Part shown: positions 54,535 through 62,313 of the stretch, piece by piece
How the letters are laid out: each line of letters opens with the position of its first letter
Position numbering within the stretch: the stretch's first letter is position 1
Sequence record: MT135025.1
Strand: one strand, 5' to 3'
DNA: 64,000 nucleotides
Notes under the pieces: model-generated
Seen by the model: the letters and a program-made list of their open reading frames with translations, nothing else
What the model was told of the DNA's origin: nothing
The model's database searches: none
Position numbers and translations under genes: made by a program

Positions 54535-55317
54535 ATGTTGAGAACAAATATTGCGATTGAAGAACTGAAAATCCGAATGCATCCGTTCGATCAAGTTGCG
54601 AACGCAAACAACGACGATAGCTCAGTTCGCGACTGGCGGCAAATCCCTGAAGTTGCTAATGACAATATCTTGAAGAACTCGGTTCTACCGTCGTGGGTAA
54701 TTCGAGAGTTTCACTGGCGTGATATTTCATTCAATCAACCATCAATGGGTGATCTGCCCGTTGAGTACAAAACAGAAGCAGGTGAAATCGGTAAATGTCA
54801 ATCGCATTATCTCGGTGAACTTGATGATTGCAAGTTCTGGCGCCCTGATATTGTATCTTTGAATGCTCAATTCATTGATTCAAAAGACGTTGATAAAGCA
54901 CTTGCAGAATTGCAAGCCGTTGATGTGTTTGACGCTTCACAAGGATTCGCTGACGGTCGACCTGACCCGGTTAGTCACAATGAACACGGTATCACCGATG
55001 ATGAGCTTGAAGCTGCAATCGTCGAAGCTGAAATGGCAGCGGCTGTGGATGCTTTAAAAGTTGAGTCGCAATCGTTGTTCGATCCAGATCATGTTTATTA
55101 CATGAATGAAAAGTATTATATTATCGGTGACGACCCGTTTGACGAAAATTACTGCTATGCGTTGAATGCTGCAAAATACCCACAGCGTATTGCAAAATCC
55201 CAACTCGTAACCGATGAGCAATACAAAGAAGCTGAAGTTTTGAAGAATCAGTTCCCGCAGATGTGGACTGCTCAAGATTACGCAAAGCTTGCTAAGTTCA
55301 TTCGCAGCAAAAAGTAG
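54535..55317 (+). CDS. hypothetical acidic protein
   Basis: 260 aa ORF. Confidence 0.7.
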   Translation: MLRTNIAIEELKIRMHPFDQVANANNDDSSVRDWRQIPEVANDNILKNSVLPSWVIREFHWRDISFNQPSMGDLPVEYKTEAGEIGKCQSHYLGELDDCKFWRPDIVSLNAQFIDSKDVDKALAELQAVDVFDASQGFADGRPDPVSHNEHGITDDELEAAIVEAEMAAAVDALKVESQSLFDPDHVYYMNEKYYIIGDDPFDENYCYALNAAKYPQRIAKSQLVTDEQYKEAEVLKNQFPQMWTAQDYAKLAKFIRSKK

Positions 55318-55346
55318 TTTCCGATGCGGGTTGTTACGACATCCCG

Positions 55347-55354
55347 CATAAATA
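55347..55354 (+). promoter_or_regulatory. T4-type late promoter (CATAAATA) overlapping a hairpin
   Basis: One mismatch to TATAAATA; stem ATGCGGG/CCCGCAT at 55324-55349. Confidence 0.55.
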
Positions 55355-55386
55355 GTTCTATATGGACTAACAAGGAAATTACGACA

Positions 55387-55917
55387 ATGCCAACTCCTAC
55401 AACAGGTGCGATTTCAATCGGTACCGTTCGTGATTATTTCAGTAGAACCGGCGCTGCTTCATTGTCTCAGTACTACAGAGGCGGCGGTATTGTTCCTGAT
55501 ATTACTGAAAATGCTCACGTACCAACTTCAGGCGCAATTAGCTTGAATGACTTGCGCGGTGTATATCGCTTGTCAACGTATACGACATCATTTACGACAA
55601 CATACAACACCACTGTATCAACATCGAATACGACTTCGCGTAGTACGTCAAGAAGTACAACTAGAAGTACTGCATACAGTACAACTCGTTCGACTTCATA
55701 TACCACGACATACAACACGTCTGTTACTACGTCAGTAACGAAAGGTTCGTATACAACGACATACGCAACATCACGTGCCACGACTCGTTCAACTGCTTAT
55801 GACACAACACGTTCAACCGCTTATACGTCTACATGGACGACATCGTGGACAACGACATACAACACAACGTATTCAACATCAAACACAACCTCGCGAAGCA
55901 CGCAAGTTGCAGTTTAA
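55387..55917 (+). CDS. Ser/Thr tetrapeptide-repeat protein with N-terminal virion-type module
   Basis: AAGGA SD; N-term GAIS...SLSQYYRGGG.VP...VPTSGAISLNDLRG; C-terminal 114 aa with 72 Ser/Thr by manual count. Confidence 0.8.
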   Translation: MPTPTTGAISIGTVRDYFSRTGAASLSQYYRGGGIVPDITENAHVPTSGAISLNDLRGVYRLSTYTTSFTTTYNTTVSTSNTTSRSTSRSTTRSTAYSTTRSTSYTTTYNTSVTTSVTKGSYTTTYATSRATTRSTAYDTTRSTAYTSTWTTSWTTTYNTTYSTSNTTSRSTQVAV

Positions 55918-55929
55918 CAGGGTTAAATT

Positions 55930-56148
55930 ATGAGCTACAATGAAGAACACGAGAGCCGAATCAACGAGCTTGAGAACAAGGTTTCAAAGCTTGAGTTGAT
56001 AATTGAAAATCTGGTTGAGTCAATGACTTCGAACAGCGAAGCTATTATCGAACATATTGCATCACTTGAGACCGAGAGAGATTCGATTCTTGCATCATAT
56101 GATGACAAACTTAATGAGATCGTGACCAAATATGAACCCAAGCAATAG
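55930..56148 (+). CDS. small coiled-coil protein
   Basis: heptad pattern RINELENKVSKLELIIENL. Confidence 0.65.
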   Translation: MSYNEEHESRINELENKVSKLELIIENLVESMTSNSEAIIEHIASLETERDSILASYDDKLNEIVTKYEPKQ

Positions 56149-56986
56149 AGAAATGACTGGGTTCAATAACATTTCTCGCATCGGTAAGTTGAAATTACAA
56201 GCCGATGCAGACAACGTCCGTGCCATGTGTATGGACGTTGTTCGTTTATTGAACTCCAAAAATATACCATCTAACTTCGACATCAATCATAATGACGGTG
56301 GTAACATCGGCGTGCATGAATGGGTGTCACAAATCCGCTTCATTCACTTGAAATACATGAACGTTAATTTCCAAACGAAGATTTTCAAGCATGCCTATCA
56401 TAACACTGAAAACGTCGTTGACTATTTTGACACGTTCAAACATTCTGACAAATATCATCTATCAGCGAAGCCTAGATTTTTAGAATATGAAAACGTCGTA
56501 TTTCTATGTGGATCGAATGTACTTGAATTGGCAATTGACTTTGACAAGATTGATACGCTGGTCGAACAATATCCCGATTTAGTGATCAAACCTCACCCGA
56601 TTACGACGCTGTATTACATTAATATGCTTAAAACTCGATATGGATCGAAGCGCGTGCTTTCTCAGAAGATCAGCGGTGTTGATGTTCTTAAATCTGCTAA
56701 ACGTGTTTGGCTGCCTTCAACGTCTGAGTTCTGGTTTAGTGCCTTGAACTACGACAAAGAAATCGGGTTTATCTCTAAAGATGGTTTCTGTGGAACGTAC
56801 ACGTCAATCATCAACGCAGTATGGGAATTGCATGAAGAAACCGGTGAGCCATTGAAAGATATTGTGAATAAAATTATATCGTCACCTTACTCAGGTCTGT
56901 ATGGTAGTATGGCAGACTTTGAAGAGCATCACGAGAAATACTGTAATGTGATTCTGGAACTAGGGGGTAATTTCGATAATGTATGA
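56132..56986 (+). CDS. putative GT-B-like transferase (KpsC/KpsS-type C-terminal motif)
   Basis: LVIKPHP, SGVDVLKSAKRV...STSE.WF.AL..DKEI pattern; family call tentative. Confidence 0.4.
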   Translation: MNPSNREMTGFNNISRIGKLKLQADADNVRAMCMDVVRLLNSKNIPSNFDINHNDGGNIGVHEWVSQIRFIHLKYMNVNFQTKIFKHAYHNTENVVDYFDTFKHSDKYHLSAKPRFLEYENVVFLCGSNVLELAIDFDKIDTLVEQYPDLVIKPHPITTLYYINMLKTRYGSKRVLSQKISGVDVLKSAKRVWLPSTSEFWFSALNYDKEIGFISKDGFCGTYTSIINAVWELHEETGEPLKDIVNKIISSPYSGLYGSMADFEEHHEKYCNVILELGGNFDNV

Positions 56987-57611
56987 TTATGTAATTCACA
57001 CTTCGATTAGTGACAAAAGTCAGTTAAACCAACTAGCAATGTTTGTCGGGTCTTTCATCGAGACACACAAAAAAGGTCGCGTGGTCTGCGTGACGGATCT
57101 TGAACTTGATTTCACGATGCCTCGACTGACATTTGAGAAAAAACTGCCAGACGAGTACGTTTTCATTTCAGTTGACAATCTATTTTTGCAAAAAACATAC
57201 GGCGTTGTTAGCTACATTGACAGTGGTACTTGGCGATGTACTTGGCAAAAGAATGATCATGATGATTTCGTTATTAAAAAGCATGGTGAAAGAAGCGGAT
57301 TGATTCACCCTGATATTGCAATTGCAAATTACAATGTTTCCAGACATGGCGATCTCGACATGTATTACAACGCGCTTCGTTACATTGAGAACGCCATCAC
57401 GATCAACTGCAAAGACTTTGCTCCTGCTGCTGAGAATAAAATCAACAGCTTTTACACGCTTGTATTTCCATGGGAGATTTATTTTCACGTTATGATCACT
57501 TACCAAGAGTATATTGATTCTGAATACGTTGAGCGAGTTCGCGCTAACTGTCATAAGTTCGCACACTCGGTTTATTACAGAAAATCAGGGTTGTTGCGTG
57601 ATGGGTTATGA
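56979..57611 (+). CDS. hypothetical protein, possibly GT-A-like
   Basis: VVCVTD ... FISVDNLF resembles a degenerate DxD region; weak. Confidence 0.3.
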   Translation: MYDYVIHTSISDKSQLNQLAMFVGSFIETHKKGRVVCVTDLELDFTMPRLTFEKKLPDEYVFISVDNLFLQKTYGVVSYIDSGTWRCTWQKNDHDDFVIKKHGERSGLIHPDIAIANYNVSRHGDLDMYYNALRYIENAITINCKDFAPAAENKINSFYTLVFPWEIYFHVMITYQEYIDSEYVERVRANCHKFAHSVYYRKSGLLRDGL

Positions 57612-58284
57612 TGAGATAATTTTAGTATCTGGTCTTGATAGTTTAGTTCTATATGAATTTCTTGAACGAAAGCCACACCCTGTTTACTTTAAATGGGGTT
57701 TTGCTATCGACGAACTTGAAATGGCTTCTTTGCCTGAAGAAACAACGATCATAGAAATGCCAGATATTTTGCATTTGAGGCATGATCCGCATGAGTTCAA
57801 GACGCCAAGAAATCCCGATTTGATTGGTCGGAATACGTTGATGTTTAACTCAGTTTTTCATGCATTCAGACCGAACGTAATTTATCGCGGGATGTTGAAA
57901 GGTGATGATTTCTATTACGACGCATCGCCTACGCATTCAGATGAAATCGCAGCTATGTGGTCGAAAATGCTGAATAAAGAGTGTCGAATTGAACAACCGT
58001 TTAAAGACAAAACGAAACGTGACATAATGCAAATGGCAGTCGAATACGGTATTGATGCGAATTCATTGCAGCATTGTTACAATCGAGAACACAACTGCGG
58101 TCGATGTAGCAAGTGTGTGGATGCACATGTTAATTCTATGTACACCGACAACCCAGACATCATGTGGCTGAGACGAATAGTTAATGACTCAGGTATGACA
58201 TCAATGGCTAATCACATGTTTGGTGTTGATACAGTTGACAGAATAAAGGAATTTCTAGATGAATTTGATCGAACAGACCGCTGA
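57601..58284 (+). CDS. QueC-like PP-loop ATPase with Zn site
   Basis: LVSGLDS PP-loop, PFKDKTKRDIMQMA, HCYN...CGRCSKC. Confidence 0.7.
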   Translation: MGYDEIILVSGLDSLVLYEFLERKPHPVYFKWGFAIDELEMASLPEETTIIEMPDILHLRHDPHEFKTPRNPDLIGRNTLMFNSVFHAFRPNVIYRGMLKGDDFYYDASPTHSDEIAAMWSKMLNKECRIEQPFKDKTKRDIMQMAVEYGIDANSLQHCYNREHNCGRCSKCVDAHVNSMYTDNPDIMWLRRIVNDSGMTSMANHMFGVDTVDRIKEFLDEFDRTDR

Positions 58285-59152
58285 TAAATTTGAGCATAGT
58301 TACCGAGAAGACGTTCAAGGCGTACAGTGGTATTTCGGTAGTCGAACGCATGATTTTTATCTGTATGGAATAGACTCTCTTATTGATAAAGTCAAAGACT
58401 GTGATTTTATTGAAATCAAGCATGTTCAAGAGGGTACGCTGGTTAAACGAGGCGAAGCTGCGGTCACGGTTACGATTACAGATCATAGTCGTATCGCATA
58501 TGGGAACATGATTGAAACATTGTTGTACAATGAGTTGTGGTATTCGAGCACGGTCGGTACGATTTTACACCGTTGTCTTGATGTGTTGCATGAAAACGGC
58601 TATGACGCTCGTTCAGCATACCCTCAAATCGGACGGGCGAGTTCAACGCCAGAACAGTCAGCTAAAGCAAGGGATGTGTTCGCACGTATATTTTATCAAT
58701 CGTCGAATGAGAAAATACCCGTTGCGATGCACAGTGATATTTTAATCAACGGTGAGGAATATTGCATGGAACATTATAACGGCATCATGATTGATACTTT
58801 CGATAAGCAAGCTTGCATTGACTTGATCAACAAGAAAGACTTTCGAGGGACTGTGATGGTTGACTCTCAGCCAATAATTGAAACAATTGAGAAAGTTCTA
58901 GCTGAAACAAAATGCTTTGTTGCACAAGCTGAAAGTGTTACACTCGATGAGTGGATAGAGATAGTGCGACATTTTAAAGGTAATAAGCGAATTTTCTACG
59001 GGATTGGTAGCTTTGCATTTAGCAATATATCACGAGACACATTTGGTTTGATTTACAAAGTGTGTGCAGTTAAGAAAAACGACAACTGGATCGGAGTTTC
59101 AAAGATGACGACAGGTAAACAAACATCGGCTGGTTATAAGGTTATAGGTTAG
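58259..59152 (+). CDS. divergent nicotinate/nicotinamide phosphoribosyltransferase-fold protein
   Basis: ADKF, EGTLV..GE..V.V, ETLL.N..WY.STVGT, MHS, IDTFD, VDS, YGIGS, IYKVCAV, SK.T.GK.T.AG. Confidence 0.6.
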   Translation: MNLIEQTADKFEHSYREDVQGVQWYFGSRTHDFYLYGIDSLIDKVKDCDFIEIKHVQEGTLVKRGEAAVTVTITDHSRIAYGNMIETLLYNELWYSSTVGTILHRCLDVLHENGYDARSAYPQIGRASSTPEQSAKARDVFARIFYQSSNEKIPVAMHSDILINGEEYCMEHYNGIMIDTFDKQACIDLINKKDFRGTVMVDSQPIIETIEKVLAETKCFVAQAESVTLDEWIEIVRHFKGNKRIFYGIGSFAFSNISRDTFGLIYKVCAVKKNDNWIGVSKMTTGKQTSAGYKVIG

Positions 59153-59154
59153 TT

Positions 59155-60144
59155 ATGAATTATTGTATAGCGCCGTTTACATCGCCGTCTATTACGCCAG
59201 ACGGTTTTAAAATTTGCAGCATGCCAGGTCAGAAAGTATACCCTGATATTTCATTCTGGAATAGTGATGAAGTGATCAAAATTCGCGAACAGATTATCGC
59301 TGGTGAAATTCCTGAATCGTGCAAGGCATGTCGTAGTATGCGTGACGGGTTGATTGTGTCAAAAGAAAAACCAACTGATACTCATGTTGACTTGAATTTC
59401 AAAGCTCTTTACATTGCGCGGTCGAACAAGTGTGAATATGCTTGTGAAATGTGCAGTTCATCAATCTCACATAGCTATGACAAGAAATACAATGACGGTA
59501 AGTTGGGGATTATTGAGAATGACTTTGATGTTATTCCGTATCTGCACGAAACACAAGCCGTTGCTATTTCGGGCGGGAACCCTGTCATTGACAAAAAGGT
59601 TGCAGAGATTCTTGAGAATCTAGACCCTGACGTGGTCGAACATTTCATCATTACATCAAACGGGACAGTCTTTCCAGACAGATTCTTGAATGCAATTAAG
59701 CGATTGAAATGTGACGCGACTTTGATATTCTCTATGGACGGACCGAAAGAGTTTAATGAAGTGGTTCGATCTGGTGCGAAGCAAGAGAGAATCTATCGCA
59801 CCATTAATCGAGTTCTTGACGAGATTGAAGATTACCCAAACTTGCATGTGGCAATTGAGTATACTTTCACGAATAAGTCAATTCATCACTACGTTGATTT
59901 GTATGATGAAATGCTCTTCGAGATCAACCCGAAGCATTTGAAAAACAACTCAGTTAAAGTGATTGCGAATATGTGTACATACCCGCATCACCTTAGCGTT
60001 ACAACTGTTCCCAAATCCGTCATTGATGACATATTGTTCAATCAGTTGCCGTATTTGAGACAGCAACCCAGCCCATTGTCAAATCAATTCAAACTTGGCT
60101 ATGATAAGTTTTTGACTCAGTATCACAACAGCGTGATTATGTGA
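59155..60144 (+). CDS. radical SAM protein with N-terminal Cys-rich (twitch-like) domain
   Basis: CxxxCxxC = CEYACEMC; GGNP, ITSNGT, FSMDG; N-term YCIAPF...C...WNS...IR..I..GE.P.SCKAC. Confidence 0.85.
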   Translation: MNYCIAPFTSPSITPDGFKICSMPGQKVYPDISFWNSDEVIKIREQIIAGEIPESCKACRSMRDGLIVSKEKPTDTHVDLNFKALYIARSNKCEYACEMCSSSISHSYDKKYNDGKLGIIENDFDVIPYLHETQAVAISGGNPVIDKKVAEILENLDPDVVEHFIITSNGTVFPDRFLNAIKRLKCDATLIFSMDGPKEFNEVVRSGAKQERIYRTINRVLDEIEDYPNLHVAIEYTFTNKSIHHYVDLYDEMLFEINPKHLKNNSVKVIANMCTYPHHLSVTTVPKSVIDDILFNQLPYLRQQPSPLSNQFKLGYDKFLTQYHNSVIM

Positions 60145-61261
60145 TCAGATCATACGCTTTGATATGTGAGTAAAACTCTGGACACGCAGACGATAAATTA
60201 GTTTTCGTCTTCGTGTCTATTCTTTTGTTAAGAACAAAGAATTCAGGGTTGAATTTACAAACACTGTGTTCCAGAGTAAGACATTCAGCAACGTGCTTGA
60301 ATGGTCTAGCCAAATCCTCACGCCCATCTTTTAAATACGCTTCTTCTTTCACTTTGAATCTTGATAATAGCTGGTCTCGAAATGCAACTGGAATGTTGTA
60401 AATTGAGTATGGATTATCAGGCTCACCGACGACATGTACAGACAAACGTACACGTTTACCATCATAAAGCGAATCAAAATCTGAAACCAATGTTTCAAGA
60501 TGTTCAAGAGTCACGTTTGACACGGTCGCAGTGATAACTACATCAAAGTGTTGCTTGATGACTTCAATGTTTGATTTGACTTTCTTGATGTCTGCAAACA
60601 ATCGAATATAATCTTGGTATTCTCGTAGACCGTCGATTGATACGAACACCGTTGATGCATTAGCTTCTTTAAGCGATTTGATGAGATCTGAGCCATCGGC
60701 TAACACTAGTGATGAGCCATTCGTGAAAATATTCACTGCGCCTTTAATGTCGCCTACGTTGCGAAGAACTTCAGGAGCATTTGACGAGCGGGTAATTTCA
60801 CCGCCTAGAATTGTCAATGACGAAAGTCCTTTGCTGATTGTGTTGATTGTCGTACTCAAATCATTGAATCGAGTACTTGAATCTTCTTCATTGAACAATC
60901 TAGCCTTCAAGTCTGATAATTTGCTGTAGCAGTAACGACAAGCTTGATTACATTCATTACTAGGGAATACTTGTAGCCAGCGAACTGAATCAGCGGGCAT
61001 AATAGGTGAAACTTCAGAATCGTGTTCTGTTAGACGCTGTGGGTCATTATCAGTAATGCACATTTGACATGCCTTTGACAGCTTGCTCATGTCGTGGTTT
61101 AGCATTGCTTCACGATAAGCGACAAGCTTTTCATCATTCCAAGCGTCTGCTAGTGTTTTTTCATCAGTAAACCATTCATAATCAGCCGAACAGCAAAACG
61201 TAATTTGATTGTTTGCTCGTGTGATGAACTGCTTGAACGGCATATAACATAGTGGTTTCAT
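60137..61261 (-). CDS. radical SAM protein with N-terminal Cys-rich (twitch-like) domain
   Basis: CxxxCxxC = CNQACRYC; LGGE, FTNGS, VSIDG...YIR; N-term LCYMPF...CC...AWN...YR..ML....CQMC. Confidence 0.85.
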   Translation of the reverse strand: MKPLCYMPFKQFITRANNQITFCCSADYEWFTDEKTLADAWNDEKLVAYREAMLNHDMSKLSKACQMCITDNDPQRLTEHDSEVSPIMPADSVRWLQVFPSNECNQACRYCYSKLSDLKARLFNEEDSSTRFNDLSTTINTISKGLSSLTILGGEITRSSNAPEVLRNVGDIKGAVNIFTNGSSLVLADGSDLIKSLKEANASTVFVSIDGLREYQDYIRLFADIKKVKSNIEVIKQHFDVVITATVSNVTLEHLETLVSDFDSLYDGKRVRLSVHVVGEPDNPYSIYNIPVAFRDQLLSRFKVKEEAYLKDGREDLARPFKHVAECLTLEHSVCKFNPEFFVLNKRIDTKTKTNLSSACPEFYSHIKAYDLIT

Positions 61262-61271
61262 GTTTCTGTCC

Positions 61272-61844
61272 TTAGTTAAAAATGCTACTTGTATATATAG
61301 CAGTCTTCAGGGCATTGAAATGATCGTCAACTCTATTCACGTGTATGCATTCAATGTCAAATCTTTCTTGGATTTCTCGGATGTTGTCTAGCGAGTCGTC
61401 GATGAAGTATTTCACCTCATGCAGTTCACACAGCTTCTCGACATACTTTGCCTTCGAGTCGAAGTACTCAATCGAAATCACCTCACTTATCATCCCTGGG
61501 AATAACGCATTTAGATTATACACGCGATTTGACCATGAAGTTCTACTCATGCTGAACTTGGTTAGTGCAATGATGTTATATCGGTCTGAGAGTTCGCGTA
61601 ACGCATCGTAAGCGTCTTCATATGCGGGTATGTACTTTGCACACTCATGTTCATTGTATGCGCCTATAAGCTTTCCTAGTTGCATGTCACTCACGTTAAT
61701 AAATAAAGAGCGTGCATCGGTATCAGTATTTGAACCGTTGATATTCAAATTATCAAGCATGCCTAATTGCATCATGAAGAATGGCAAGTTGGCTTTCCAG
61801 TTAAGCAAAACCCCGTCTACATCTATGATGATCGTCTTTTTCAT
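61272..61844 (-). CDS. HAD-like protein, T4 gp30.2-like
   Basis: KTIIIDVDGVLLNW, IALTK, R..NL..LFP, FIDD..DNI. Confidence 0.7.
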   Translation of the reverse strand: MKKTIIIDVDGVLLNWKANLPFFMMQLGMLDNLNINGSNTDTDARSLFINVSDMQLGKLIGAYNEHECAKYIPAYEDAYDALRELSDRYNIIALTKFSMSRTSWSNRVYNLNALFPGMISEVISIEYFDSKAKYVEKLCELHEVKYFIDDSLDNIREIQERFDIECIHVNRVDDHFNALKTAIYTSSIFN

Positions 61845-61879
61845 TACTACCTCGAAAAAAATTAAAATTTTTCGAAAAA

Positions 61880-61914
61880 AAGTATTGACACTTAGTTTCG
61901 TTCATGTAATACTT
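61880..61914. promoter_or_regulatory. quasi-palindromic (divergent) sigma70-type promoter
   Basis: AAGTATTGACA-N14-TGTAATACTT; TTGACA-17 bp-AATACT on +, TTACAT-17 bp-AATACT on -. Confidence 0.5.
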
Positions 61915-61977
61915 ATCTCAACTTAACGAAACAAGTTAAACGAACAAGACAACATTTAATCAAAAAAGGAAATACAC

Positions 61978-62214
61978 ATGAAAAACTTCAAATCAATCGC
62001 AACTGCACTTCTTCTAACTATGACTTTCTCTGCTGGTGCTTTCGCACACGGCTCAGGCGGTACGCTAGGTGGTAACCTTGGCATCGAAATGTGCAAAATC
62101 GGAGCAATCAACTGCGGCTTCCCTAAACAAGAAGTTAAAGTTGAAAAAGAAGCACCAAAAGCTGAAAAGGCTGAGGTGAAAGAAGTTAAGCTGGCAACTG
62201 ATCTGACAGCTTAA
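61978..62214 (+). CDS. small secreted protein
   Basis: signal peptide ending AFA|H; AAGGA SD. Confidence 0.7.
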   Translation: MKNFKSIATALLLTMTFSAGAFAHGSGGTLGGNLGIEMCKIGAINCGFPKQEVKVEKEAPKAEKAEVKEVKLATDLTA

Positions 62215-62217
62215 TTG

Positions 62218-62244
62218 AAATGTGCAGATTCGTCTGCACATTTT
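62218..62244 (+). terminator. intrinsic terminator
   Basis: AAATGTGCAGA-TTCG-TCTGCACATTTT. Confidence 0.75.
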
Positions 62245-62313
62245 GTTTAATAACGACTCATCGAGACATATACTAAAGTCTCACACAATCAAGCATAAAA
62301 TGGGAGCCATACA

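Noticed and set aside
57601-61261. QueC-like plus radical SAM genes as a 7-deazaguanine (queC/queE) DNA-modification operon
   Set aside because: Both rSAMs are 329-374 aa with N-terminal Cys-rich domains, unlike compact QueE, and no queD, folE or dpdA neighbours are visible. It cannot be fully excluded without the rest of the genome.
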